Notes under the pieces: model-generated
Database searches by the model: none
Told to the model about the DNA's origin: nothing
The model's input: the letters and a program-made list of their open reading frames with translations, nothing else
Made by a program: the position numbers and the translations under genes
From: Thermanaeromonas sp.
GTDB taxonomy: Bacteria; Bacillota; DSM-521; Neomoorellales; Neomoorellaceae
Direction of reading: 5' to 3'
Assembly (NCBI RefSeq): GCF_021890735.1
Contig: NZ_JAKKUR010000004.1
Location: forward strand, 402 to 64,401
Length of the DNA: 64,000 bases
In this document: positions 8,733 to 18,527 of the stretch, piece after piece
Layout: each line of letters begins with the position of its first letter
How positions within the stretch are numbered: the first letter of the stretch is position 1

Positions 8733-9229
8733 TAAGGCTTAAGCCCCAGGAGCCGGAAGTTCCCCAGAATATTATTTTTGCTTCAGTAGAAAAGCTCTTA
8801 AATTATTGCCGGGCACACTCCTTTTGGCCCCTTACCTTCGGCTTGGCCTGCTGCGCCATTGAGATGATGGCTGCAGGTTCAGCCCGTTACGACATTGCAA
8901 GATTTGGATATGAAGTATTCCGTCCTTCACCGCGGCATGCCGATCTCATGATCGTGGCCGGAACGGTGACTAAGAAAATGGCTCCGTTAGTAAGACGCTT
9001 GTACGACCAGATGCCGGCGCCTAAGTGGGTTTTGGCTATGGGTAGCTGTGCCATCAGCGGAGGGCCTTTTGTTGACTCTTATAATGTAGTCCCTGGAGTG
9101 GATACTATCGTTCCCGTAGATGTTTACGTTCCAGGATGTCCTCCGCGGCCGGAAGCTTTAATCTACGGGCTACTAAAACTAAGGGATAAAGTAAAAAATC
9201 CTAAACTAGCGCTGGTGAAGCCAAGATGA
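8723..9229 (+). CDS. nuoB: Complex I-like subunit B (NuoB, N2 cluster)
   Basis: [33 protein letters not shown]. Confidence 0.95.
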   Translation: MAVIRLKPQEPEVPQNIIFASVEKLLNYCRAHSFWPLTFGLACCAIEMMAAGSARYDIARFGYEVFRPSPRHADLMIVAGTVTKKMAPLVRRLYDQMPAPKWVLAMGSCAISGGPFVDSYNVVPGVDTIVPVDVYVPGCPPRPEALIYGLLKLRDKVKNPKLALVKPR

Positions 9230-9765
9230 GAGAAGGACTTAATGTAAAGGATTTAGAAAAGTTGAAGGAGCGTTTCCCCGGCGTAGAAGTTACGGAAGGT
9301 ATCGATATGAGTACCCTTTGGGTACCGGTAGGACGATTGGTAGAAGTTATGCAGGTTCTGAAGGAAGATTACGGGTTTAACTTTTTAGCTGACCTTACAG
9401 GAGTAGATGTGCCGGCAGAAGAGGCGATAATTTTGGTATACCATTTGATGTCCGTGCCAAGCGCTCGGGAAACTAGGGTTAAGGTGAAGCTCCCGCGTAG
9501 CGAACCGCGTGCGCCCTCGCTGGTCAGCCTGTGGCCCGCGGCGGAAGTTCAGGAGAGGGAGGCTTTTGATCTTCTGGGGATCATTTTTGAAGGGCACCCC
9601 AATTTAAAGCGTATCCTTTGCCCGGATGATTTTGAGGGACATCCCTTGCGTAAGGATTTTACCTTACCCAAGGAAGCCGGTTGGGATCGGAATGGAGGGG
9701 ACGGCCGCAGCTATCCCCAAACAGAGGGGTTCTGTCAGGGTAGAGCAGAAAGGGGGGAGAGTTAA
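9226..9765 (+). CDS. nuoC: Complex I-like subunit C (NuoC)
   Basis: [22 protein letters not shown]...[10 protein letters not shown]. Confidence 0.93.
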   Translation: MREGLNVKDLEKLKERFPGVEVTEGIDMSTLWVPVGRLVEVMQVLKEDYGFNFLADLTGVDVPAEEAIILVYHLMSVPSARETRVKVKLPRSEPRAPSLVSLWPAAEVQEREAFDLLGIIFEGHPNLKRILCPDDFEGHPLRKDFTLPKEAGWDRNGGDGRSYPQTEGFCQGRAERGES

Positions 9766-10877
9766 TGAAGCCTAATACTTCGCTGGTTACAGAGGAAATA
9801 ACGCTTAATATGGGCCCCCAGCACCCCAGCACTCACGGTGTCTACCGCGCGGTTCTTACTCTGGATGGGGAAAAGGTGGTGGGAGTAGAAAACGTCATAG
9901 GGTATCTCCACCGGGGTATCGAGAAGTTGGCTGAAGACAGAACCTATACTCAATTCATCCCCTATACCGACCGGTTGGATTATCTGGCCGCCATGCTGAA
10001 TAATTTAGGTTACGTCCAGGCCGTGGAGAAGTTGATGGGGATTGAGGTGCCGGAACGAGCAGAATATTTACGGATTATCATGGCAGAGCTTTCCCGTATA
10101 GCCAGTCACTATGTTATGTTAGCCTCCATGGCTTTGGACCTTTCGGGTTGGACTGCATGGTTTATACCTTTCCGTGATCGTGAGCGGATTTTGGACCTCT
10201 TTGAAATGGTGTGCGGCTCCCGTCTGACTTTAAGTTATATGCGCATTGGAGGGGTGGCTGCAGATATACCGCCCGAGTTTGTACCGGCCTTAAAGAGTTT
10301 TCTAGCTGAACTTCCCCGAGGACTAGAGGAATTTAATGGTCTGATTACTAATAATGAAATCTTTAAGGCCCGCTGCCAGGGGGTGGGCCGGATAGATCTT
10401 GAAACGGCTCTGGCTTACGGCATTACAGGACCCAATTTGAGGGCTTGCGGGCTGCCCTTCGATTTGCGCAAAGTAAAGCCCTACGGGATTTATGATCGCT
10501 TCGATTTTGAAGTCCCTGTCCGCCATAATGGCGATACCTACGACCGTTTTGTTATCCGGGTGCTGGAGATAGAGCAGAGCGCGAGGATAATTGAGCAGGC
10601 CCTAAGGGATCTGCCAGAGGGTCCTATTATGGCCAAAGTTCCCAGGGTTATAAAACCTCCGCAGGGAGAAGTTTATCACCAGATTGAAGGGGCTAAAGGT
10701 ATCTTGGGATTTTACGTAGTAAGTGATGGTTCGTCCAAGCCCTATAGAATCCACATCCATAGCCCGTCTTTTGTAAATTTAGGGGCTTTCCCTGTCATGG
10801 CCAAAGGAGGCACCATCCAGGACGCTGTAGCTACGCTGGCTTCTATAGATATAGTTCTAGGTGAAGTGGATAGGTAG
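9765..10877 (+). CDS. nuoD: Complex I-like subunit D (NuoD)
   Basis: [36 protein letters not shown]; no Ni-binding CxxC motifs. Confidence 0.96.
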   Translation: MKPNTSLVTEEITLNMGPQHPSTHGVYRAVLTLDGEKVVGVENVIGYLHRGIEKLAEDRTYTQFIPYTDRLDYLAAMLNNLGYVQAVEKLMGIEVPERAEYLRIIMAELSRIASHYVMLASMALDLSGWTAWFIPFRDRERILDLFEMVCGSRLTLSYMRIGGVAADIPPEFVPALKSFLAELPRGLEEFNGLITNNEIFKARCQGVGRIDLETALAYGITGPNLRACGLPFDLRKVKPYGIYDRFDFEVPVRHNGDTYDRFVIRVLEIEQSARIIEQALRDLPEGPIMAKVPRVIKPPQGEVYHQIEGAKGILGFYVVSDGSSKPYRIHIHSPSFVNLGAFPVMAKGGTIQDAVATLASIDIVLGEVDR

Positions 10878-10914
10878 GCCGCAGTGCCTGAGACGGGATG
10901 GAGGTTGAAAGAAT

Positions 10915-11931
10915 ATGCTGGATGCTCTTCTTTCAAGTTGGGGATTACCCCTGTGGGCGGTAACTACCATAAGGGCACTCGTATATCTACTGGGGGTTTT
11001 AGCTTTTGTCTTTCTTAATGCCATTTATCTAATCTATTTGGAGCGAAAAATCAGCGCTTATATGCAGCAGCGCCTCGGGCCTAACCGTGTTGGTCCTCGC
11101 GGTATATTTCAGTCTGTGGCAGACGCCATTAAGCTGTTATGCAAAGAAGATATAATTCCCCGGGAAGCGGACAAGTGGGTATTCCTTGTGGCACCTATAG
11201 TCATTTTTATTCCGGCTATAATGGTCTACGCTATTATTCCTTTTGGTCCGGGTATGATCGCTGCCGACCTGAATATAGGAGTGTTTTACTTTCTTGCCGT
11301 GGCTTCTACTACAACTATAGCCATACTCATGGGTGGCTGGGCGGGAAACAATAAATATTCTCTTTTGGGGGCCATGAGAACGGTAGCCCAGATGGTAAGT
11401 TACGAGATACCTCTGGTGTTCTCTATCTTAGGAGTAGTCATGCTTGTTGGCTCCTTAAAAACCTCGGATATTGTAGCGGCCCAGAAGGAAATTTGGTTCA
11501 TCTTATTGCAACCGGTAGCGTTTCTTATCTACTTTATAGCTGCAACAGCGGAAGTAAACCGTGGACCTTTTGATCTGGTGGAAGGGGAGCAAGAGATCAT
11601 AGCGGGCCCCTTCACTGAATTTACCGCTATGCGTTACGCCCTCTTCTACCTGTCAGAGTATACCAATCTTCTCAGCGTCTCGGCTTTGGCAGTGACGCTT
11701 TTCTTAGGTGGGTGGCAAGGGCCCTGGTTGCCTCCGTGGTTGTGGTTTATCATTAAGGTTTATATAATGATCCTCCTTTTTATGTGGGTAAGATGGACTT
11801 TCCCACGCATCCGGATAGATCATCTCCTGCAGTTTAACTGGAAATTTCTACTACCACTTTCTTTAGTTAATATCTTGGGCACTGGTATAGGTATCAAAGT
11901 ATACCAGGCCTTGATGACAGGCGGGTGGTAA
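10915..11931 (+). CDS. nuoH: Complex I-like subunit H (NuoH)
   Basis: [38 protein letters not shown]. Confidence 0.95.
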   Translation: MLDALLSSWGLPLWAVTTIRALVYLLGVLAFVFLNAIYLIYLERKISAYMQQRLGPNRVGPRGIFQSVADAIKLLCKEDIIPREADKWVFLVAPIVIFIPAIMVYAIIPFGPGMIAADLNIGVFYFLAVASTTTIAILMGGWAGNNKYSLLGAMRTVAQMVSYEIPLVFSILGVVMLVGSLKTSDIVAAQKEIWFILLQPVAFLIYFIAATAEVNRGPFDLVEGEQEIIAGPFTEFTAMRYALFYLSEYTNLLSVSALAVTLFLGGWQGPWLPPWLWFIIKVYIMILLFMWVRWTFPRIRIDHLLQFNWKFLLPLSLVNILGTGIGIKVYQALMTGGW

Positions 11932-11933
11932 AA

Positions 11934-12371
11934 TTGTTCGGGCAGGGGCTCCTTAAGGGTTTAAGTATAACATGGCGCTTAGGCTTCGGTAAGGCCATTA
12001 CCGAACAGTATCCAGAATGGCGCCCTAAGCTTCCGCCCCGTTCACACGGTTCCTTTGTTTTGGAAAAAGAAAAGTGCACGGCTTGTGGAGTATGCGCCGA
12101 TGCTTGTCCCAATAATGTGATATCTATAGAAAGCCAGCGGGCGGAGAAAAAGCGCCGCCTGACTAAGTACACCATGAAGCTCTGCCAGTGTCTTTTTTGC
12201 GGCCTGTGTGTCGAAAGCTGCCCGAGCGGAGCGTTGCGCTTTCGTCCGGATTTTGAACTAGCCTGCTATAATTTTGAGGACACTATTCATGTGCTGGCGG
12301 AGGAGGTTGCCTTAGAAGGGGAAGGGGCGAGTGGGGAACCTTCTAGTGTTAAGGAAGCTGGCGTATCTTAA
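11934..12371 (+). CDS. nuoI: Complex I-like subunit I (NuoI, 2x[4Fe-4S])
   Basis: CTACGVCADACP and CLFCGLCVESCP; start is TTG 11934 or GTG 11925. Confidence 0.94.
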   Translation: MFGQGLLKGLSITWRLGFGKAITEQYPEWRPKLPPRSHGSFVLEKEKCTACGVCADACPNNVISIESQRAEKKRRLTKYTMKLCQCLFCGLCVESCPSGALRFRPDFELACYNFEDTIHVLAEEVALEGEGASGEPSSVKEAGVS

Positions 12372-12404
12372 GGTCTTTGGAGGTGGAAAAAGGAGTGGGG
12401 GAAT

Positions 12405-12914
12405 ATGGGTAGTACCTTGACCTTAGTGGCCTTCTGGATATTGTTCGTTCTGGTGGTGGCCTCGGCCTTAGCCGTTGTTTTACTTCGTAATATCGTACAC
12501 AGCGCGCTTTATCTGGTTTTAAGTTTTGTCGGAGTAGCAGGCATTTATATACTGCTGGAGGCGGAGTTTTTGGCTGCAGTGCAGATTCTAGTTTATGTGG
12601 GAGCAGTCTCTGTTTTGTTAATCTTCGGTGTGATGCTTACAAGGCGCGGAAATATTAGGCAAAGCAACCTTTTTAACGCATTTAGTTTAGCGGCTGGGGT
12701 TGTGTCTTTAGCTCTGTGCGTTTTGATAATTTTAGCCTTGGCTCGCACCCCGGCCAGCCTACCCCTTGGTTCCTGGCCGGTGGATACCGTAGGGGCTTTG
12801 GCTGAAGCCTTCCTGGGGCCCTTTGTAGTTCCCTTCGAGGTAGCAGCTATTTTGTTGCTAGTAGGGATAGTGGGGGCTATATTGATCGCCAGAGAGGTGA
12901 AGGAGGACAAGTGA
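12405..12914 (+). CDS. nuoJ: Complex I-like subunit J (NuoJ)
   Basis: [31 protein letters not shown]. Confidence 0.93.
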   Translation: MGSTLTLVAFWILFVLVVASALAVVLLRNIVHSALYLVLSFVGVAGIYILLEAEFLAAVQILVYVGAVSVLLIFGVMLTRRGNIRQSNLFNAFSLAAGVVSLALCVLIILALARTPASLPLGSWPVDTVGALAEAFLGPFVVPFEVAAILLLVGIVGAILIAREVKEDK

Positions 12915-13219
12915 TTACTTTAAATCATTATTTGATGCTTGGCGGAGTCTTGTTTGTTATCGGCCTTTTCGGTGCCTTGGCCAAAAAGAATGCGATAGCT
13001 GTGTTGATGGGGATCGAGCTTATGCTTAATGCGGTAAATATTAACCTGGCGGCTTTCAACCGTTTCTTAAATCCGGATAAAGTGGTAGGATTAGTTTTTG
13101 CCATCTTTGTTATTGTTGTGGCAGCGGTAGAGGTAGCAGTAGGGCTGGCTATTGTTATTAACTTGTACAGGCAAAGGCTTAATACTAGCGTAGATGAGGC
13201 CGACTGGCTTAAATGGTAA
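12911..13219 (+). CDS. nuoK: Complex I-like subunit K (NuoK)
   Basis: [11 protein letters not shown]...[10 protein letters not shown]. Confidence 0.94.
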   Translation: MITLNHYLMLGGVLFVIGLFGALAKKNAIAVLMGIELMLNAVNINLAAFNRFLNPDKVVGLVFAIFVIVVAAVEVAVGLAIVINLYRQRLNTSVDEADWLKW

Positions 13220-13262
13220 TTAACTATGCTTGTCGAAATAAGTGAGGTAGGTGGAAGAGGTC

Positions 13263-15146
13263 ATGATCCGATATGCTTGGCTGGTACCTCTTTTTCCGGC
13301 CCTTGCTTTTCCAGTGATAGCTTTTATTACCCGCAGGCTTAGAACCCTTAGCGCCCTGGTGGGTATAGGAGCTATAGCAGCATCCTTTGTGCTATCCCTT
13401 GGTATTCTATGGGAGACATTAACCTCAGGTGTGACCATGGAAAAGCCTGTAGAATATGCCCTGAGTTGGTTAGCCCTTCCGGGAGCTAAAGATTGGGTTC
13501 TTAAAATCGAGGCCGGAGTTTTAGTAGATCCCCTCTCGGCAGTTATGCTATTGGTGGTTACCCTAGTAGCCCTGCTGGTTGAGATTTATTCCGTAGGTTA
13601 TATGCACGGTGACCCAGGTTTTAGCGTGTTCTTTGGATATTTATCTCTTTTCAGCGCATCGATGCTGGGCTTAGTTTTAGCGAATAACTTCTTTATGATG
13701 TTTTTCTTCTGGGAACTGGTGGGGTTGTGTTCCTACCTTCTCATAGGCTTTTATTTTCACAAACCCGAAGCAGCGCGTGCCAGCCTTAAGGCCTTTGTGG
13801 TCAATAGGGTGGCCGATTTCGGGTTCATGCTGGGTTTCTTTTACCTCTTCCTTATGTTTAAGACCTTTAACTTCCGGGAGCTTGCTGAAGCCCTTCCGCA
13901 TGCTCCCCATATGGGCCTTTTGGCCGTGGCCGCTACACTGATTTTTGCAGGACCCATAGGGAAGTCGGCCCAGTTCCCCTTACATGTGTGGCTGCCTGAT
14001 GCCATGGAAGGGCCTACGCCCGTCAGCGCTTTGATTCATGCGGCTACCATGGTGGCAGCAGGTGTCTACCTCTTGGCGAGAGCCTTTGTATTGTTCGCCA
14101 GCATACCTGAAGTCTCTTTGCTTGTGGCTTATGTGGGCGGGTTTACAGCCCTTTTTGCTGCTACCATAGCGTTAACGCAGCGGGATATCAAGCGTATTCT
14201 GGCTTACTCCACCATGAGCCAGTTGGGTTACATGATAATGGCTATGGGTGTAGGAAGCATGACGGCTGGAATGTTCCATCTTACTACCCACGCTATTTTT
14301 AAAGCCTTGCTTTTCCTGGGAGCGGGCAGTGTCATACACGCGCTACACGAGCAGGATATCTTCCGCATGGGTGGATTGGCCAAAGACATGAAAGTTACTA
14401 CAGCAACCTTTGTCTTGGGTGCCCTGGCCTTGGCAGGCATTCCGCCCTTAGCCGGCTTTTGGAGCAAGGATGAGATACTCCTAGCTGCTTACTCCAACGG
14501 ATATACAGGTCTTTATATCCTGGGTACGGTAGTGGCTTTCTTAACGTCGTTCTACATGTTCAGGCTCATATTTGTAGCCTTTTTTGGCAGGCGCCGGGCT
14601 GGTCTCCATGGTCACGAATCTCCTAAATGTATGACCGTGCCGCTTATTATCTTAGCTACATTAACTGTGGTAGCCGGCTTCATAGGGGCTCCCTTTGTGC
14701 CCCACGGTTTTAGTTCATGGGTTTACTTCGGAGAACCCCATCACTTAGAACCCAATTATTTCGTAATGGTAACATCTACTTTAGTGGCTATTCTGGGGAT
14801 TTACCTTGCCTGGCTTATCTACGGCAAAGAAGTTATTTCTGCGGAAGCCTTGGCCCAGAGGTGGCGGAGTATCCATACCGTGCTTTATAACAAGTACTAT
14901 ATAGACGAGGCATATCTCTGGTTCTTCCGGCGTGTGGTGCTGGGATTGGCCGAAGCCTTCCACTGGCATGACCGCCATGTAGTGGATGGAATTTTTGATG
15001 GGGTAGGGGATACGGTGCGCTGGTCGGGTTATAGGTTGCGCTACCTGCACTCCGGAAGCCTCCCCGTTTACGCCCTAGTATTTTTCGCCGCGGTAGTAGT
15101 GTTCGTCCTCTGGGTAGCAACTCCGGTGATAGGAGGGATAAGATGA
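13263..15146 (+). CDS. nuoL: Complex I-like antiporter subunit L (NuoL)
   Basis: FWELVGLCSYLLIGF, GKSAQFPLHVWLPDAMEGPTPVSALIHAATMV; start is ATG 13263 or GTG 13251. Confidence 0.95.
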   Translation: MIRYAWLVPLFPALAFPVIAFITRRLRTLSALVGIGAIAASFVLSLGILWETLTSGVTMEKPVEYALSWLALPGAKDWVLKIEAGVLVDPLSAVMLLVVTLVALLVEIYSVGYMHGDPGFSVFFGYLSLFSASMLGLVLANNFFMMFFFWELVGLCSYLLIGFYFHKPEAARASLKAFVVNRVADFGFMLGFFYLFLMFKTFNFRELAEALPHAPHMGLLAVAATLIFAGPIGKSAQFPLHVWLPDAMEGPTPVSALIHAATMVAAGVYLLARAFVLFASIPEVSLLVAYVGGFTALFAATIALTQRDIKRILAYSTMSQLGYMIMAMGVGSMTAGMFHLTTHAIFKALLFLGAGSVIHALHEQDIFRMGGLAKDMKVTTATFVLGALALAGIPPLAGFWSKDEILLAAYSNGYTGLYILGTVVAFLTSFYMFRLIFVAFFGRRRAGLHGHESPKCMTVPLIILATLTVVAGFIGAPFVPHGFSSWVYFGEPHHLEPNYFVMVTSTLVAILGIYLAWLIYGKEVISAEALAQRWRSIHTVLYNKYYIDEAYLWFFRRVVLGLAEAFHWHDRHVVDGIFDGVGDTVRWSGYRLRYLHSGSLPVYALVFFAAVVVFVLWVATPVIGGIR

Positions 15147-16672
15147 GCTTTCCGCTTTTGACAGCTATACTCCTTGCTCCTGTAATAGGGATTATACTCA
15201 TACTCTTTATACCCGAAAGGGAGCAGCTTACCATAAAGATTACGGCAGCAGTAGCCACCTTTATATCTTTAGTACTTTCTATCTATGTTTATGTAGCTTA
15301 TGATCAGGCAGCCGGCGGCCTACAGTTTTTGGAGGACAGATCCTGGATACCTGCCTTAGGCGTTAATTACTCTGTAGGAGTGGACGGGATAAGTCTTCCG
15401 ATGGTTTTACTTACCGCCCTGGTGATTTTTACCGGGGTATTCGCCTCCTGGGATATGACCCACAGGGTAAAAGAGTTCTTCCTTTTCCTGCTCATGCTTG
15501 TGACGGGAGTGTTCGGGGTATTCATCTCCCGGGATCTCTTCTTTTTCTATCTCTTCTTTGAGGTGGCCGTCATTCCCATGTACCTCCTCATCGGTATATG
15601 GGGTAGTACAAGGAAAGAGTACGCAGCTATGAAACTAACCCTTTACCTCTTAGTAGGTAGTGCCTTCGCGCTAATCGGGATAATCGCCCTCTACCTTTAC
15701 GCTGCCCGCCAACTCGGATACCTTACCTTTGATATACAGACCTTAGCCACTGTACAGTACGATATAGCTTTCCAGAAGTTTGTGTTCTTCCTTTTCCTCA
15801 TAGGCTTTGGTGTACTGGTACCCATCTGGCCCCTGCACTTGTGGTCTCCAGACGGTCACGTAGCGGCGCCTACTGCGGTAAGTATGCTACACGCAGGTGT
15901 ACTTATGAAGCTGGGTGCCTACGGCTTGATACGGGTAGGGGTTTTCTTCCTTCCGGAAGGGGCTAAATTCTGGGCTCCCTTGATCGCTGTGCTTTGTATA
16001 GTTAATGTGGTCTACGGTGCCATGATAGCCATGGTCCAACGGGATCTTAAGTTTGTCATTGGCTACAGCAGTGTCAGCCACATGGGTTACGTCCTCTTAG
16101 GTATAGCCGCACTTAATACTTTAAGCCTAAGCGGAGCTGTAACCCAGATGTTTGCCCACGGCATTATGACGGCCCTCTTCTTTGCCTTAGTGGGAAATAT
16201 ATACCATAAGGCGCATACCAGGGAGATTGCGCGCTTTGGCGGGCTGGCCCATCAGATGCCCCGGGTGGCGGCGGGGTTCTTAATTGGGGGTTTGGCTTCC
16301 TTGGGATTACCAGGTCTGCATAACTTTGTGGCCGAATTTCTGATTTTCCTTGGGGCCTTTACCAGAGAACAGGGACTTTTTGGAGGACTTTTGACCTACC
16401 GGACCTTGGCTATACTGGCTATCTTAGGAATAGTTATTACGGCCACCTATGTCCTCCGGGTGGTACAGCGGACTTTCTTTGGGCCCAGGAAGGAAGCCTG
16501 GGACCATTTGGAGGATGCCCGTGGAGTTGAGATGGTGCCCATTGTGGTGTTATGTGCTACTCTTATACTGTTTGGTCTTTTCCCGTCGCTCATGGGAGAC
16601 CTAATATATAGCGGTGTGGCTCCCCTAGTAGCTAAGATCGAGGCCGCCGGGACCGTAGGAGGGATCTTCTGA
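15143..16672 (+). CDS. nuoM: Complex I-like antiporter subunit M (NuoM)
   Basis: GVDGISL, FFEVAVIPMY, PLHLWSPDGH, YSSVSHMG. Confidence 0.94.
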   Translation: MSFPLLTAILLAPVIGIILILFIPEREQLTIKITAAVATFISLVLSIYVYVAYDQAAGGLQFLEDRSWIPALGVNYSVGVDGISLPMVLLTALVIFTGVFASWDMTHRVKEFFLFLLMLVTGVFGVFISRDLFFFYLFFEVAVIPMYLLIGIWGSTRKEYAAMKLTLYLLVGSAFALIGIIALYLYAARQLGYLTFDIQTLATVQYDIAFQKFVFFLFLIGFGVLVPIWPLHLWSPDGHVAAPTAVSMLHAGVLMKLGAYGLIRVGVFFLPEGAKFWAPLIAVLCIVNVVYGAMIAMVQRDLKFVIGYSSVSHMGYVLLGIAALNTLSLSGAVTQMFAHGIMTALFFALVGNIYHKAHTREIARFGGLAHQMPRVAAGFLIGGLASLGLPGLHNFVAEFLIFLGAFTREQGLFGGLLTYRTLAILAILGIVITATYVLRVVQRTFFGPRKEAWDHLEDARGVEMVPIVVLCATLILFGLFPSLMGDLIYSGVAPLVAKIEAAGTVGGIF

Positions 16673-18099
16673 TGCCTGTCTGGGAACTTTTGAGTGTGGA
16701 ACTTCTGACGGCCTTCTTAGGGCTTGGGCTCCTAGTTTTGGGACTTTTGGTACCTAAAGGGCAAAAACGTGGTCTTGGATATCTGGCCGCGCTGGGGTTA
16801 GTGGGCATAGCTGCTTTAGCCTTTGCCTTACGGGAAGCCCAAGGTGTGGTCTGGGAAGGGTATATCATTGATCCCTTCGGGACCTATTTTAAGCTTTTGT
16901 TTCTGTTTGCAGCTATTCTTACCTGTGTATCATCGTTTGAATATATTGGTCGGCTGGGCAACGGAGAAGGAGAATATTACGCTTTGATCATATTGTCCAC
17001 GCTGGGCATGATGATTTTGGCCTCGGCGGGCGAACTTATTACCCTGTATCTGGGTCTAGAGCTTATGACCATAAGCTTTTGCATTTTGGCAACCTACCGT
17101 AGAGGGGATATGAAATCGGCCGAAGCCGGTATTAAATATATAATACTCGGGGCCCTATCCTCAGCGATTCTACTGTACGGGCTAAGTCTCCTTTACGGGA
17201 GCACGGGCAGTACCCTTATCAAGGACATAAGTTTAGTAGTAAATAGTGGTGGCGTCACACCCCTTATGGTAGTAGGGATGATTTTCTTGTTGGGTGGCTT
17301 CGCCTTTAAAATGGCTGCCGTACCCTTCCATATGTGGGCGCCGGATGTGTATGAAGGTGCACCCACCCCGGTTACAGCCTTCCTTTCTGTAGCTTCCAAG
17401 GCCGCAGCCTTTGCCGCATTTTTGAGGGTGTTCTTCGTGGCGTTGGGTGATAGCCATCCCCTCTGGGCAGAGGTTATAGTAGCTCTAACCATCTTAAGCG
17501 TAGTGGTCGGAAATTTGGTAGCCATACCGCAGAAGAATATAAAGAGGCTTTTGGCGTATTCTAGTATTTCCCAAGCGGGCTACCTTTTGCTAGGGATAGT
17601 CGCTTTTTCTACCCTGGGCGTAGGAGCGATATTATATCATTCAATGTTATATGTTTTCGCCAATATGGGCGCCTTTATGGTGGCGACCGTCTTCTATAAT
17701 GCGGACAAAAGTGACGAGATCCAGGATTATGCCGGGCTGGCTCGACGTTCGCCCCTTCTTGCGGCGGTTATGCTTTTCTCACTTTTATCCCTGGCCGGGA
17801 TACCCCCCCTGGCCGGGTTTGTTAGTAAATTTTATTTGTTCATGGCCGTAATCGACCAGGGTTATATCTGGTTAGCTATTTTAGCTGTACTGATGAGCAT
17901 GGTATCGGTATATTACTACCTGCAGGTGGTTAAAGTAATGTACTTGGGAGATCCTCCCCCAGGAAGGCCGGCTATTGAGGTACCGTTAGGGGTTCAGATA
18001 GCCTTAGCCTGTTCCTTGGCGGTACTATTCCTTTTCGGCATATACCCCACACCACTCACTAATTACGCGTTTAGTAGCGCGGCAGCCTTCTTTCATTAG
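16672..18099 (+). CDS. nuoN: Complex I-like antiporter subunit N (NuoN)
   Basis: LGLELMT, FKMAAVPFHMWAPDVYEGAP, KRLLAYSSISQAGY. Confidence 0.94.
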   Translation: MPVWELLSVELLTAFLGLGLLVLGLLVPKGQKRGLGYLAALGLVGIAALAFALREAQGVVWEGYIIDPFGTYFKLLFLFAAILTCVSSFEYIGRLGNGEGEYYALIILSTLGMMILASAGELITLYLGLELMTISFCILATYRRGDMKSAEAGIKYIILGALSSAILLYGLSLLYGSTGSTLIKDISLVVNSGGVTPLMVVGMIFLLGGFAFKMAAVPFHMWAPDVYEGAPTPVTAFLSVASKAAAFAAFLRVFFVALGDSHPLWAEVIVALTILSVVVGNLVAIPQKNIKRLLAYSSISQAGYLLLGIVAFSTLGVGAILYHSMLYVFANMGAFMVATVFYNADKSDEIQDYAGLARRSPLLAAVMLFSLLSLAGIPPLAGFVSKFYLFMAVIDQGYIWLAILAVLMSMVSVYYYLQVVKVMYLGDPPPGRPAIEVPLGVQIALACSLAVLFLFGIYPTPLTNYAFSSAAAFFH

Positions 18100-18111
18100 G
18101 GGGTAATCTTA

Positions 18112-18474
18112 TTGAGATGCGCAAGGCGGCGAAAAGGCTGGGAGGGTGAGGAGATAGCGGCCACTTTTCTTAAAGCACAGGGATATTACGTTAGGGAGCG
18201 AAATTTCCGCTGCCCCTTGGGTGAGATAGATATTGTGGCTGAGGAAGGCGGGGAGATTGTATTCGTAGAGGTGAAGGCCCGCTCTTCCTCCGCCTTTGGA
18301 TTTCCTCAAGAATCTGTTGATATGCGTAAACAGGAACGTCTGCGGCGTGTAGCCAGTTTCTATCTTAAGGAAAGGAAGTTGTTCGGGCGTCCTTGCCGTT
18401 TCGATGTAGTAGGAGTATGGTTGAACGGCCGGGGGGATGTCGTCAATTTGGAACTTATACGCGGAGCCTTTTAG
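18112..18474 (+). CDS. yraN: YraN (UPF0102) PD-(D/E)XK nuclease
   Basis: GWEGEEIA...ERNFRCPLGEIDIVA...FVEVKAR...CRFDVV. Confidence 0.92.
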   Translation: MRCARRRKGWEGEEIAATFLKAQGYYVRERNFRCPLGEIDIVAEEGGEIVFVEVKARSSSAFGFPQESVDMRKQERLRRVASFYLKERKLFGRPCRFDVVGVWLNGRGDVVNLELIRGAF

Positions 18475-18527
18475 GAGGGACACGCTATTTAGCCAAACCT
18501 TTTACTTGTAGCAAGTAGAGGGAGTTT

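Noticed and set aside
8723-10877. Energy-converting [NiFe] hydrogenase (Ech-like)
   Set aside because: The large subunit lacks both CxxC Ni motifs and ends DIVLGEVDR like NuoD
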